Source of the DNA: Selaginella moellendorffii
Lineage: Eukaryota > Plantae > Lycopodiophyta
Assembly: GCF_000143415.4 (NCBI RefSeq)
Contig: NW_003314291.1
Location: 1,069,702 to 1,133,701 of the forward strand
Reading direction: 5' to 3'
DNA length: 64,000 nucleotides
The position numbers were made by a program, and so were the translations under genes. How positions within the stretch are numbered: the first letter of the stretch is position 1; each line of letters begins with the position of its first letter. The notes under the pieces are model-generated. The model had not been told where the DNA came from. It saw only the letters and a list, made by a program, of their open reading frames with translations, and did no database searches. This document shows, one piece after another, positions 12,790-23,963 of the stretch.

Positions 12790-14375
12790 GGGGGGGCCCA
12801 ATGGCCCCCAAGGTTCCCAAGGGGGGCCCCCCCCCCCCAGGGGGGGGGGCCCCCCCCCTGTTTTTTTTTTGGAGAGGGGGGGTGGTTTTGGAACTTTTCC
12901 TGGGGGGGCCCTTCCCCCCCCCCTGGGGTCCAGGTTTTTTCCCCCCCAGGGCCCCTGGGCCCCGTTTTTAACCCAAAGTAATTTGGGAGCCCCCCCGGGG
13001 GGGTTCCTTCAAGGGGGGTTTTTGGCCCCCCCTTCCCCTATTAATTTTTGGGAACCCCGGGGGGCCCCCCCCCCCCCCCCCCCCCCCGGGAAACACACGC
13101 TTTGGGCTTTCACCCCTTGACCTGTATTAGTATTTGGACTCAATCTCGGACTCGATCTCGGACCCGACTTCAGACTTGGTCTCGGACCCAACTTCGGACT
13201 TGGTCTCGAACTCGATCTCGGACTTGATCTCGGACCCGATTTTGGACTTGACTTTAGACTCGATTTCGGACTCGGTCTCGAACCTGATTTCAGATCTTGG
13301 ACTCCGTCTTGAACTTAGTCTCGAACTCAGCCTCGAACTCGGTCTCCGAGTCGGTCTCGGACTTGATCCCGGACTCTATCACGAACTCGATCTCAGAGTC
13401 GGTCTTGGACTCGATCTCAGACTCGGTCCCATCCGATGAACTCTTTGTCATTTCGGTCATGCTTTCGGGGATCTTTTAGCCTACGACACCTTGGGGAGTT
13501 GGTTCCTTACACTTATCTCTCTCCCCTTAAGCTAATTGGAAAAGGGGCAATTGCTTCATGAGAGAGCCTTTATTGGCTATTTTATCCCATTTATCTCCCA
13601 AGGTTCCAAGAATCTATGGTGACAGTATATCCAAATTTCATCCCATAATCACATATGTTGCACTCACCCCCTCTTTAGAAATGTTAATGTCTTCATTGAC
13701 TATTGACTAACAACCTTTACTAAGCCAAGGGGAACTAACTGTAAGCCACAAATTTTTCCTTTCCAATTTGCTAGCTTACCTCGTCTATCCGTCCGACACC
13801 GCCTTGGCCTTTGCTAAGCTCCCTCGCCAAGGTTCTCGCCTATGGTACCAACTCCTACTTGGTCCTACTTGCTTTCAGCTACTCACTGCACGAGCAACGG
13901 AGCGTTAGCCATTCATCCACGGATTCCTAATCTCTCCCAATCCCCCTCCCCGGATTAGATTGGACTTAAGGTTCGGCTACACTCCCCGCAAGCACAAGCA
14001 GCCAAGCACACCAAGCTTCCAGGTTCTTAACATCCCTTGGTACCACAAGACTTGATCATGGGACCCTCTAAATCCCAAGTTTTGAGTGCAACACTTGCTT
14101 TGGGACGCCGGGGCGAAACACCGTGGCCTAGCGGCCCGGTATGGGTACCTCTACCCCCCCACTTCCATCTCGAAGGAAGGCCCAAGCCCCTAGGAAGGGC
14201 AAGGACCAATGAGCCGCATGGTACTCAAGTGGGGCACCACTCCACATGAGCCAGGAGCACCGCAATCGGTTTCCCTTTCGAGAGTGGGAGCTGCTCTTGA
14301 GCACTTCCTTGGATGGCCCCTCCGGCACCAACCAAGTCCATACTCACTCCCACCCAAGGCCCCTCGGTCCCAGTC

Positions 14376-15870
14376 TGTAAGCGACTAAATTTTCCATTCT
14401 ACTTTAGTCACTTAACCACACCTCCGACCACTTGGAGGAGTCTCATTCACAACCTCCATCAGTCCAATCCAGGACTTGGGACTTGCTAGCCCCGAGAATG
14501 GCATCCATGCCACTCAACATTTGCACTTGGTCCAAGTGCTCCACGTGTCCGATCCCATGACCGACACTCAAAGGTACCACCGACATAACAGCCCGTTACG
14601 CTAAGGCCATGCCCAATCACCTTTGCCACACTGGTAGTCCAATACCACTTGCATCACAGTCTTGGCTCTCCAAGACTAGGCAAACCATCCGTGAGTGGTC
14701 ATCTCAGATCCACTCCTTAGCATCCTTAGGATGCCCACCGACAAGGGGAATAGCCTTCCCCAATATCCCTCTATCAATCCCCACTAAGTCCCTTTCTGCC
14801 CCTGGCCGTGTTTGCCAACACTGCCACTGGATCGAGACCCACAGGCCCGACCACTAAGTCCCATGGTCCTCTGGGACTTCCTCACCACACGACTGTGTCC
14901 TTGGTCACTACCCCAGAGGATTGCTCCTCTTCCTTTCCACAGTCTGGGCCTTTGGGACAACATTTCGGAACACCGTGGCCTTACGCGAGCCACCTGGGTA
15001 CTCTCCTCGCCTTCTGCCCTTGGGTGCTCTAGCCATGGGCTTAGAGCGAGGTTCCGTTGAGCCACGCCTGGTATCCAAGTAGGTAGTGCCACCCACACTT
15101 GGACTGGGAGCATCGGCCAGTCGATCTCCCGGGGGAACTAGAGCCGGCTCTTGAACACTTCACCAATTGTCGGTCCGTGTTCACTCTAGTCTTGGACTTC
15201 CCAGTGGTCAGCTCATCACCCAACACTGGGTCTGGCCTTCCTGGGCCAAACTGGCCTTTCCTGGCCAAACTGGCTCCACTGGGCTCCAACCCCCACACTC
15301 TCCCTACTATACTTTTGGAACCCCCTGCAGCCCCCCCCCCCCCCTGGGGGACGATCGCTTTGGGCTTTCACCCAACTGCCTGTATTAGTATTCGGACTCG
15401 GACTCGGGCTCGAACACGGACTCGGACTCGGTCTCGGTCCCGGTTTTGGACTCGGACTCGGTCTCGGTCTCGGTCTCGGCCTCGGTCTCAGTTCCATCTC
15501 GGACTCCATCTCGGGTCCATCTCGGACTCCATCTCGGGTCCATCTCGGACTCCATCTCGGGTCCATCTCGGACTCCATCTCGGACTCCATCTCGGGTCCA
15601 TCTCGGACTCCATCTCGGACTCCACTTCGGGTCCATCTCAGACTCCAACTTGGGTCCGCCTCGTGCTTGCTCTTCGAGCATTTTGTTGGGAGTTCCACTC
15701 CCGCTCTCGACCTTCCAAGTCAGAGCTTTTAGTCCAAACATGTTACACTCGTTTGGCTTTCGTTTCGGCCACTACCACGTGGCACCCTTTCTGGCTCCAC
15801 TTTGGGGCCTAGGGATTTTGTGTCTCACAACTCCACCACCCATAGACGAAGTTCGATGTCCTCATCGAAC
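14376..15870 (-). mobile_element. Second Gypsy family LTR (14376-15828) with PPT and a short internal stub
   Basis: TGTAAGCG...GTCTCACA followed by the same PPT complement ACTCCACCACCCAT. Shares the core block and a CTCGGA-type array with family 1, otherwise different. Confidence 0.75.
15392..15655. repeat. 6/12-bp tandem array (CTCGGA/CTCGGT; CTCGGACTCCAT/CTCGGGTCCAT) in the family-2 LTR
   Basis: Directly visible. Equivalent CTCGGACTCGAT arrays lie in every complete family-1 LTR (~2250-2440, 7140-7400, 13135-13430, 17240-17510, 23610-23880, 44695-45000). Confidence 0.9.
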
Positions 15871-15956
15871 GATAAACTATTTTATAAAGTAACATCCGCA
15901 TATGTTACCATTTCCATCCTTGGCACCTAGCCAATATTTGTCAATAGTTTGACATT

Positions 15957-16243
15957 ATGCTTTATTTTGTTAAAGTGGAACTTTTCATTATCCCACTTAT
16001 GGTGTGTGGCCACATGCCATTTTTATAACAACAATAAAAAATTGAAGTTTTAGCTTTATAATTTATAAATTAAAAACTTTTCATATGATTTTGTGTTATA
16101 ATATTGTGAAATATAAAAAATAAATTAAAAAACTGATAGAAATATTAATAAATATTAATTAAGTACTAGGAAATGGCATGTGGACACATGCTAATTAATG
16201 TCCCACTTTATTGAATAAGTTCCACTTTAACGAAATAAAGCAT
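15957..16243. mobile_element. 287-bp MITE derived from the 13-kb Sola-like transposon
   Basis: TIRs ATGCTTTATTTYGTTAAAGTGGAACT, 4-bp TSD CATT (15953-15956/16244-16247), AT-rich core, two copies of the 22-bp palindrome. Confidence 0.88.
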
Positions 16244-16875
16244 CATTGAAGGCTCACCATGCCTTCTCCATATTCGTCAATGGTCTGACACCAAAGCCTC
16301 ACTATGCCTTGCCCATCCTCTAAGGAGCATAGCCCCTCCAACTTAGAGGCTCATTTGACCACTTGTGGTGGTTCTCTCTTTTTATTGGTTTAGTTCTCAC
16401 TAAACCTGTTAGAGACACCTTCTCTAACTCAATCTCACTACTCATTCTTGAGTGGTCTCACTTTCCAATGATATAACTTTTGCACTTTGGAACTTTAAAT
16501 TTTGACTTCTTGGAATCAATTTCCTAGGTGTCTCTGACACCTTGCCTTGCACCTTTTGTGCAACTCCACTTCCCATCCTAGGAAGTTCTCTACTTGAGGG
16601 CACCATCACCCTCTCTTCTATTTCGTGCCACCCTAGGGCACTAAATTCCAGTCATCATACTTTGTGTTAGGGCTGTTCATGGCCTTATCATTTGGCTACC
16701 TTACCACTCCCTCCTTTGGAGCTTCCCCTTTCGCCAAATCGGAGCAATTCAGAAACCATCCTTGGAAACACACTTCCTTTCCCGCAATTTGTTAGCCTCC
16801 AACACATTAGTGTTCCTCGCCTAACTTTGCCACTTGGATTCCTTCTAAGGGATTCCACGGCCATATCTTGGCCAA

Positions 16876-17071
16876 TGTAAGCAACCAAAGGGAACGACTT
16901 GAGAGACGATCCGTTGGGGTTCAAATATAGAGGGAAAGGGCCCATGAACAAGAGTGCACCCCCTTTTCCAATCGATTAAGGGTCTTGGGATATTTGGGGT
17001 TAAGCGTCCTTGGGTTTGAATAGTACTGGGCTGGGTGACCTCCCGGGAAGTCCAAATTCAAGGAGCTTACA
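16876..17071 (+). mobile_element. Cassandra-like short LTR carrying 5S rRNA sequence
   Basis: TGTAAGC...GCTTACA termini, 196 bp, with a 5S-derived segment 18 bp before the 3' end. Confidence 0.65.
16999..17053 (+). promoter_or_regulatory. 5S rRNA-derived Pol III internal control region (box A-IE-box C)
   Basis: GTTAAGCGTCCTTGGGTTTGAATAGTACTGGGCTGGGTGACCTCCCGGGAAGTCC matches the central/3' part of plant 5S rRNA; the 5' third of 5S is absent. Confidence 0.85.
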
Positions 17072-17993
17072 CAGTCCCAACCTTAAGTCGGTTTGGGAGC
17101 CCCATTGAAGAGTCCCTTCAAAACTGGTTCCTGGACCTCACTATTGTAAGCCATAAATTTTTCCTTTCCCCCTGCAGCCCCCCCCCCCCTGGGAGATGCA
17201 TGCTTTGGGCTTTCACCCCTTGACCCGTATTAGTATTTGGACTTAGTCTCTGGCTCGATCTCGGACCCGATTTCGGATCCGACTTCGGATTCGGTCTCGG
17301 ACTCAATCTCGGACCCGATCTCGGACCCGACCTCGGACTCGACCTCGGACTCGGTCTCGGACCCGATTTTGGATCTCGGACTCCGTCTCGAACTCGGTCT
17401 CGAACTCGGACTCGAACTCGGTCCCCGAGTCGGTCTCGGACTCGATTCCGGACTCTATCTCAAACTCGGTCCTAGAGTCGGTCTTGAACTCGATCTTCGA
17501 CTTGGTCCCATCCGATGAACTCTTTGTCATTTTGGTCATTCTTTCGGGGTTCCTTTAGCCTACGACACCTCGGCGAGTTGGTTCCTTACAACTCCACCAC
17601 CCATAGAAGAAGTTCGATGCCCACATCGAACGTCTCGTTTTATCCTACGATTTGTTGACCATGTCTCCGGGGGCATCCCCCCACTTAGCGGTGTGCCTAA
17701 GTTAGCCTCCCCGGCCAAGAGCCCATGACAACAGAATATAGGTGTCCCTATACTCCTCCCCTCACCACGCCCTAGTATGGGGTCGGGACTTGAACCCAGC
17801 CTTGCTTTACTAGGGGGTTGGGACTCGAACCCAACCTCCGTAGAATACATCTACGGATTCGACATCCCCGCAGGGAGTCGGGCGTAGCTCCCTACGCCTG
17901 GTCGACCTAGCTAACCCATGCTAATTAGCTTACCTTCGGCGCGCCTTCGGGTCCCAACATATGCCACTTGCTCAACTTTGCAAATTGATATTT

Positions 17994-20900
17994 TTAATTG
18001 AACTTTGCATAAGTACATAGAGTTCTGCCTTGCAGAAATTCCTCCACTAGATCTCGCGCGTTCGCTAGGTTCTCCTCCGGTTCCCATGTTGCTTCGCAGT
18101 GTGGAAATCCTTTCCACTTCACATGGAACTCTCTCACCTCGCGTCCTTGTCACTTGCTCTTGCGCGCATTGAGGATGGCCTCGACTTCGTATTCCTCTTC
18201 CCCTTGGATAACCTCAGGTAAAGGTCTTACTTGGTCCTTGCGAAGCGGATCCTCAAAGTACGGCTTGAGTAAGTTCACATGGAACACTGGGTGCATCTTC
18301 CCCATCTCTCGAGGAAGTCGGAGTCGGTAAGCCACTTTACCGATTCGTGCCTCAATCTCGTACGGCCCCGCGAACCTGCTTAAGGAACTCAAGATCAATT
18401 CATTTACATGAATACATGCATTTTTACCTTTGGGTCAACTTTCGGCTGATCCCACTTGGTAGCCTGAGGTTCTTGGTGTTCAGCCACACCTTCTCCCCAG
18501 CTTGGAACTCTACATCCTGGCGCTTTAGGTTCGCGTACTTGGTTTGCCTTTGTTGAGCTCGTTCCAAGGAATCCCTCACTAGATTCCAAATGTTGAGTCT
18601 TTCCGCCGTGAATGCCTCCACTGCGGGTAACTCTCCATGATACTCGGCCATGCCGAGTTCCACAGGACCTTCAATAGCTCGCCCATTGATGACTTCCCAT
18701 GGACTCACCCCGATACTCGAATGTGGTGAGTTGTTATAACACATTTCCGCAAGTCCCAAATGACTTACCCAATCGGTCTGGTCTCCCGAGACATAGCATC
18801 GCAAATAATCCTCCAGCTGCCTATTCACCCTTTCCGTTTGTCCGTCTGTCAAGAAGTGTTAGGACCACCAAACTTGACTTAATACCCCATACCTGTCTGT
18901 GGGTGATAGGCTGTACTGAATTTCAACTTGGTGCGATACTGTTCCAGGAAAGTCCTCCAGAACCTACTAGTGAAGATCTTATCTCGATCTGAGATAATCT
19001 CTTCTGGCCTTCCCCGCACTCGAACCACTTGTTCAAAGAACAGCTTCGCCACACCTTCCACATCCACTTCCGTTGTGGTGGGTATGAAATGTGCCATCTT
19101 CGAAAATCGATCCACCACTACGAATATCGCATCGAACCCCTTGCTTGGGGGTAGTCCCGTGATGAAGTCCATCGTAAGACATTTCCACGGACGATCTGGA
19201 ATTGGGATGCTTTGCAACAAGCCCCCACTAGCCTTAGTCACGGCTTTGACTTGCTGACATGTTGGACATGTCTTTACATAGTCTTGGACGTCCTTAGCCA
19301 TATCTGGCCAATGGTACTTCCTCTTGAGTAAGCCTATCGTCTTGGGCACTCCGTCGTGTCCCGCAAGAGCTCCGTCACGACACTCTTCTAAGGCTACCTT
19401 CCTTAGTCCCCGTTCTGGAACATATACCCTCGTTTGCTTGTAATAAATGAGTCCGTTGCGTTCCGCATAGCCCGTTTTCTCTTCCGTTGGCAGCTCACCT
19501 CTCTGGTGAGCTTCCCGTGCCTCCAGATTCCTCAACAACACTTCTTGTGCTAGACCATCGTTCTCATATGTTGTCCGCACATCGTCCCAGAAGGTTGCTG
19601 TTGCGCTGGATATCGCCAACCTCAAGCTCGCTTTTCGACTTAGCGCATCTGCCACGATGTTGCTCTTCCCAGGCTTGTACAGAATCTCGCAATCAAACTC
19701 GGCCAAGGCATTGGCCCACCGACCTTGTTTCCCTCTCAGGTCGGGCTGTGACAAGAAGTGTTTCATTGCCACATTGTCCGTGTAAACCTTGAAGTGTCTC
19801 CCAAGGTAGTGTCGCCACTCCTTGAGCGCCTTGACCACCGCAAACAATTCCTTCTCGTGGGCAGGCCACTTCCGTTGAGCCTTGTCCAACTTCTTCGAGA
19901 AGAACGCTACTGGATGGTTGTCTTGCTTCAAAACTGCGCCCAATGCAAAGTCCGAAGCATCCGTGTCTACCTCAAAGTCCTTACCAAAATCTGGTAATTC
20001 CAACACCGGAGCCTTCCTCAACTTCCCTTTGAGGTGGACGAATGCCGCCTCGCATTCCGCTGTCCAAACCATCTTCCCTTTTCTTGTTTGGTCCGTTAAG
20101 GGTAGGGCTACTCTCGAATAGTGTCTGATAAACTTTCGATAGTAGTTACATAGCCCCAAGAACGCCCTCAACTCATGTACATTCGAAGGTCGCTCCCATT
20201 CCTGGATCACTTGGACCTTCTCCGGGTCCACCTTGAGCCCGTCTTGGCCCACCATATGCCCGAGAAACTTTACCTCTTGTTGAGCAAAGTCACATTTGCT
20301 CTCTTTAGCATACAGTTTGTGTTCCCTTAGTTTCTCAAACACCTTCGCAAAGTGTTCGGCATGCTCCTCTAGCGTCTCGCTATAGATCAGGATATCGTCG
20401 ATATAGACGACCACGAAGTGATCCAGATAGGGTACAAAGATGTGGTTCATCAACGCCGAAAACGTTGCCGGTGCATTGCACAGCCCAAAGGGCATCACCA
20501 GAAACTCAAAGCTCCCATACCTCGTTCGACAGGTTGTCTTCTCGACATCTTCCTCAGCTACCCTGATCTGGTAGTATCCTGACCTTAGGTCAATCCTCGA
20601 GAAGTATTTTGCCTTTCCCAACCTATCAAACAGGTCCTCGATCCTTGGCAAAGGGTATTTGTTCTTTTTGGTATACTTGTTGAGCAACCGGTAGTCTATG
20701 CACATGCGCATAGATCCATCTTTCTTTTTCACACATAGCACCGGCGCCCCATACGGCGACTTGCTCAACCTAACATACCCTTTGTCCACCAACTCCTCTA
20801 GTTGGCTCTTGAGCTCCTTGAGTTCTTTTTCGTTCAATCGATAGGGTGGACGAACCACCGCCTCAGCACCCTCGACCAGCTCAATCTTATGTTCTATCGG

Positions 20901-22766
20901 TCGTGCGGGGGGCAACCCCGCCGGTAGCTCCTCCGGCATAGTATCCTGGAATTGGTCCAGCACCTGCTGGATCACTAAAGGGACTTCTTCCGTTCTTGTC
21001 TTTTTGTCACTCTTCACCGAGAGTAAGCACAAAAAGGCTGCCTTAGTTCCTTTAGTGAGTTGTCCTCTCGTGGACACCAGGTTTAAGCATGACTCTTTGG
21101 CCTTGCTTTGCCCTACCTTTAGATCCTGGGCCTCCACCCTAGATCTTCTTCCTTGGGCATTCGCCAATACCACAAGGTTCCTACCTTGTCCATGCAGGGC
21201 TACCACGAACCGATTAAACCAATCCATTCCGAAGATCACGTCAAATCCCGCCATGTCCAATACGGTGAAATCCATGTCCACTTTCCATGTCCCCACTTCG
21301 ACTCTCGCTTGTCGAAGTACCTCATCGGTGCTTTGGCTACCCTGAACAAACTCTATAGTCCTTGGTTTGCCTAGCCGCTGCACCGTTAGTCCGGCTTGCT
21401 GGACTATGTCTGCAGCCACAAAATTATCCGAAGCACCCGTGTCAATAAGAATCTTAACAAAGCTACCTCCGAGCTTCCCTCAGAGGGCTAGTAGATGTCG
21501 CGAACGACTCTCTACCAAAGTTGCTTGTGTAATGAGTAACTTTGAGTTAGGGACTGGATCACATACCTCAGTTTGGACTTCACCCGACTTGATGGCCATA
21601 TTGGCTCTAGCCTTCTTCGGGTAGGGACATTCCCTCGAGAAGTGTCCCGCTTCGCCGCAGTTGTAGCATATGTTGTTTCCCACGCTGCTATACGACTTGA
21701 CCTTCTTATCTGTGGGTTTGTCTTTTTTCGCTTGACTCCCCCACGTACTCGCTCGCTAACCACCGGATTTGCCTTTCCGGAACCCCGAGGACTCATTCTT
21801 AGAGAAACTCTTTTTGAATTTCCCCTTGCTATACGTTCCCCTTGGTTTGGCCCCTTTGCTAAATGTGGATCCTGACCCCGTCGTGTTCCCCTTTCGCAGG
21901 TTATCGTTGAAATGCACCTTGATGGCCGCATCCAACGCTTCCTTGTAGTTGGTCGGGTTCCACCGCATCACCTCACCGCGAGCCCAGGTTTGCAAACCTG
22001 ATATGAAAGCATGGAACGCATCCATATCCCCCATGTCCGTGACAAGTATCCTCTTTGCCATGAACCCATTCACATATTCTTGGATGGTTCCAGTCTGCTT
22101 CAGCCTACTCAGCTCATGTCTCAGATGCAGAGTGGCATTCGGAGGAACGTATGTTGCGCAGATCCTCGCCTTCATCATGTCCCAAGTGGCCACCGGTCCT
22201 TCGTTGGCCTCTGTCGTTCTCCACTAAGACTTGGCATTATTTGCCAAGTATGGTTTTGCACATGGGACCTTCTCCGAGCTCGGTAATCGCAACACTCGGA
22301 AGTAGTCCTCCATATCGTAAAACCAATCCTCCACCACTTTATAGTCGTTCACTCCCTTGAAGACCGGTGGGGGCTTTGGTTTGTACTTGGGAACTGCCTG
22401 AGGGACTGATTCTACTTCGGTCTGTTCGACCTTGTCTGGTTTTGCCTCATTCCCGGCCGAAAGATCCGCACCTTCTGCGCTGCCAGCATCCGCAGTCTTT
22501 TTCTTCTTCTTCCGCCTCTCGTCACGCTTTAGCTTGCGTACGAGAGTTTCCAATAGGGCATTGGTCTGTGCCAACTGTCCTTCTAGCACGTCCAATTGAG
22601 CCTTGGACTACCGAACCTCGCCACCGGACTCCTGTTTGGAATTTTCCTCACTAGAGTCCTCCTCATGCAAGGATTCCTCATCCATAGCCTTTTGTTCGAC
22701 CGGAGGCTCCAGCTCCGGCGGAGGTTCCGTCTCCGCCTGGGTTCGCTTACGCCCTGCCCTTGCCAT
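17994..22766 (-). pseudogene. gag-pol (Gag, CCHC, PR, RT, RH, IN, chromodomain) of copy 3, with two introns and several stops
   Basis: LIDTGAS protease, YIDDIL RT, DTDAS/HEKEL RNase [22 protein letters not shown] integrase triad, chromodomain EYEVEAIL...VKWKGF...TWEPEENL. Introns at 18846-18892 and 18376-18427. Confidence 0.93.
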
Positions 22767-22825
22767 CTCCCAGCAATCCGCCTCTATCCTTCGCTAGAAC
22801 TGAGATAAAGGCTCCGATACCAAAT

Positions 22826-23963
22826 TGTAAGCCACAAATTTTTCCTTTCCAATTTGCCAGCTTACCTCGTCTATCCGCCCAACACCGCCTTGGTTTTTGC
22901 TAAGTTCCCTTGCCAAGGTTCTCGCCTATGGTACCAGCTCCTACTTGGCCTCAGCTACTCACTGCACGAGCAACGGAGTGTTAGCCATCCATCCACGGAT
23001 TCCCAAATCACTCCCAATCCCCCTCCCCGGGTTAGACTGGACTTAAGGTTCGGCTACACTCCCCGCAAGCACAAGCAGCCAAGCACACCAAGCTTCCAGG
23101 TTCCTAACGTCCTTTGGTACCACAAGACTTGATCATGGGACCCTCTAAATCCCAAGTCTTGAGTGCAACACTTGCTTCGGGACGCCGGGGCGAAACACCG
23201 TGGCCTAGCGGCCCGGTATGGGTACCTCTCACCCCCCACTTCCATCCCGAAGGAAGGCCCAAGCCCCTAGGAAGGGCGAGGACCAATGAGCCGCATGGTA
23301 CTCAAGTGGGGCACCACTCCACATGAGCCGGGAGCACCGTAATCGGTTTCCCTTTCGGGAGTGGGAGCTGCTCTTGAGCACTTCCTTGGATGGCCCCTCC
23401 GGCACCAACCAAGTCCATGCTCACTCCCACCCAAGGCCCCTCGGTCCCAGTCCCAACCTCAAGTCAGTTTGGGAGCCCCACTGGAGAGTCCCTTCTAAAC
23501 TGGTTCCTGGACCTCACTATCCCTACTATACTTTTGGAACCCCCTGCAGCCCCCCCCCCCCCTGGGAGACGCATGCTTTGGGCTTTCACCCCTTGACCCG
23601 TATTAGTATTTGGACTTAGTCTCTGGCTCGATCTCGGACCCGATTTCGGATCCGACTTCGGATTCGATCTCGGACTCGATCTCGGACTCGATCTCGGACC
23701 CGATCTCGGACCCGACCTCGGACTTGACCTCGGACTCGGTCTCGGACCCGATTTCGGATCTCAGACTCGGTCTCGAACTCGGTCTCGAACTCGGTCCCTG
23801 AGTCGGTCTCGGACTCGATTCCGGACTCTATCTCGAACTCGGTCTCCGAGTCGGTCTTGGACTTGATCTTCGATTTGGTCCCATCCGATGAACTCTTTGT
23901 CATTTTGGTCATGCTTTCGGGGTTCCTTTAGCCTACGACACCTCGGCGAGTTGGTTCCTTACA
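22826..23963 (-). repeat. Family-1 LTR shared between tandem copies 3 and 4
   Basis: PBS abuts its left side and a PPT (from 23964) abuts its right side. Confidence 0.92.

Larger units (their letters stand above)
5191..13511 (-). mobile_element. Ty3/Gypsy copy 2, both LTRs, internally deleted
   Basis: 3' LTR 5191-7480 (interrupted), PPT 7481-7492, PBS GCTCTGATACCA 11646-11657, 5' LTR 11661-13511 (spans the N gap). Flanks TTTAT/CTTAT are a 4/5 TSD match. Confidence 0.88.
13740..17144 (-). mobile_element. Family-1 LTR interrupted by nested insertions (likely 3' LTR of copy 4)
   Basis: Starts TGTAAGCC at 13740, breaks at 14375 and resumes at 17072 with CAGTC duplicated. Diagnostic variants (GCTAGC, CCAACTCC, TGCTTTCAGC) match the LTR at 28396 rather than the one at 22826. 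Confidence 0.8.
17145..23963 (-). mobile_element. Ty3/Gypsy chromovirus copy 3 (most complete)
   Basis: Internally deleted 3' LTR 17145-17590, PPT 17591-17602, PBS GCTCCGATACCA 22811-22822, LTR 22826-23963. Confidence 0.92.

Noticed and set aside
12790-13080. Apparent LTR duplication and G/C-rich ORFs across the gap
   Set aside because: Low-quality duplicate read next to the N gap.
16999-17053. Functional 5S rRNA gene
   Set aside because: Only ~55 nt; it lacks the 5' part and a T-run terminator and is embedded in an LTR-like unit.
21710-21760. A 51-nt GT-AG intron removing the gag stop
   Set aside because: It is purine-rich, and the donor/acceptor are not conserved in copies 1, 2 and 4.
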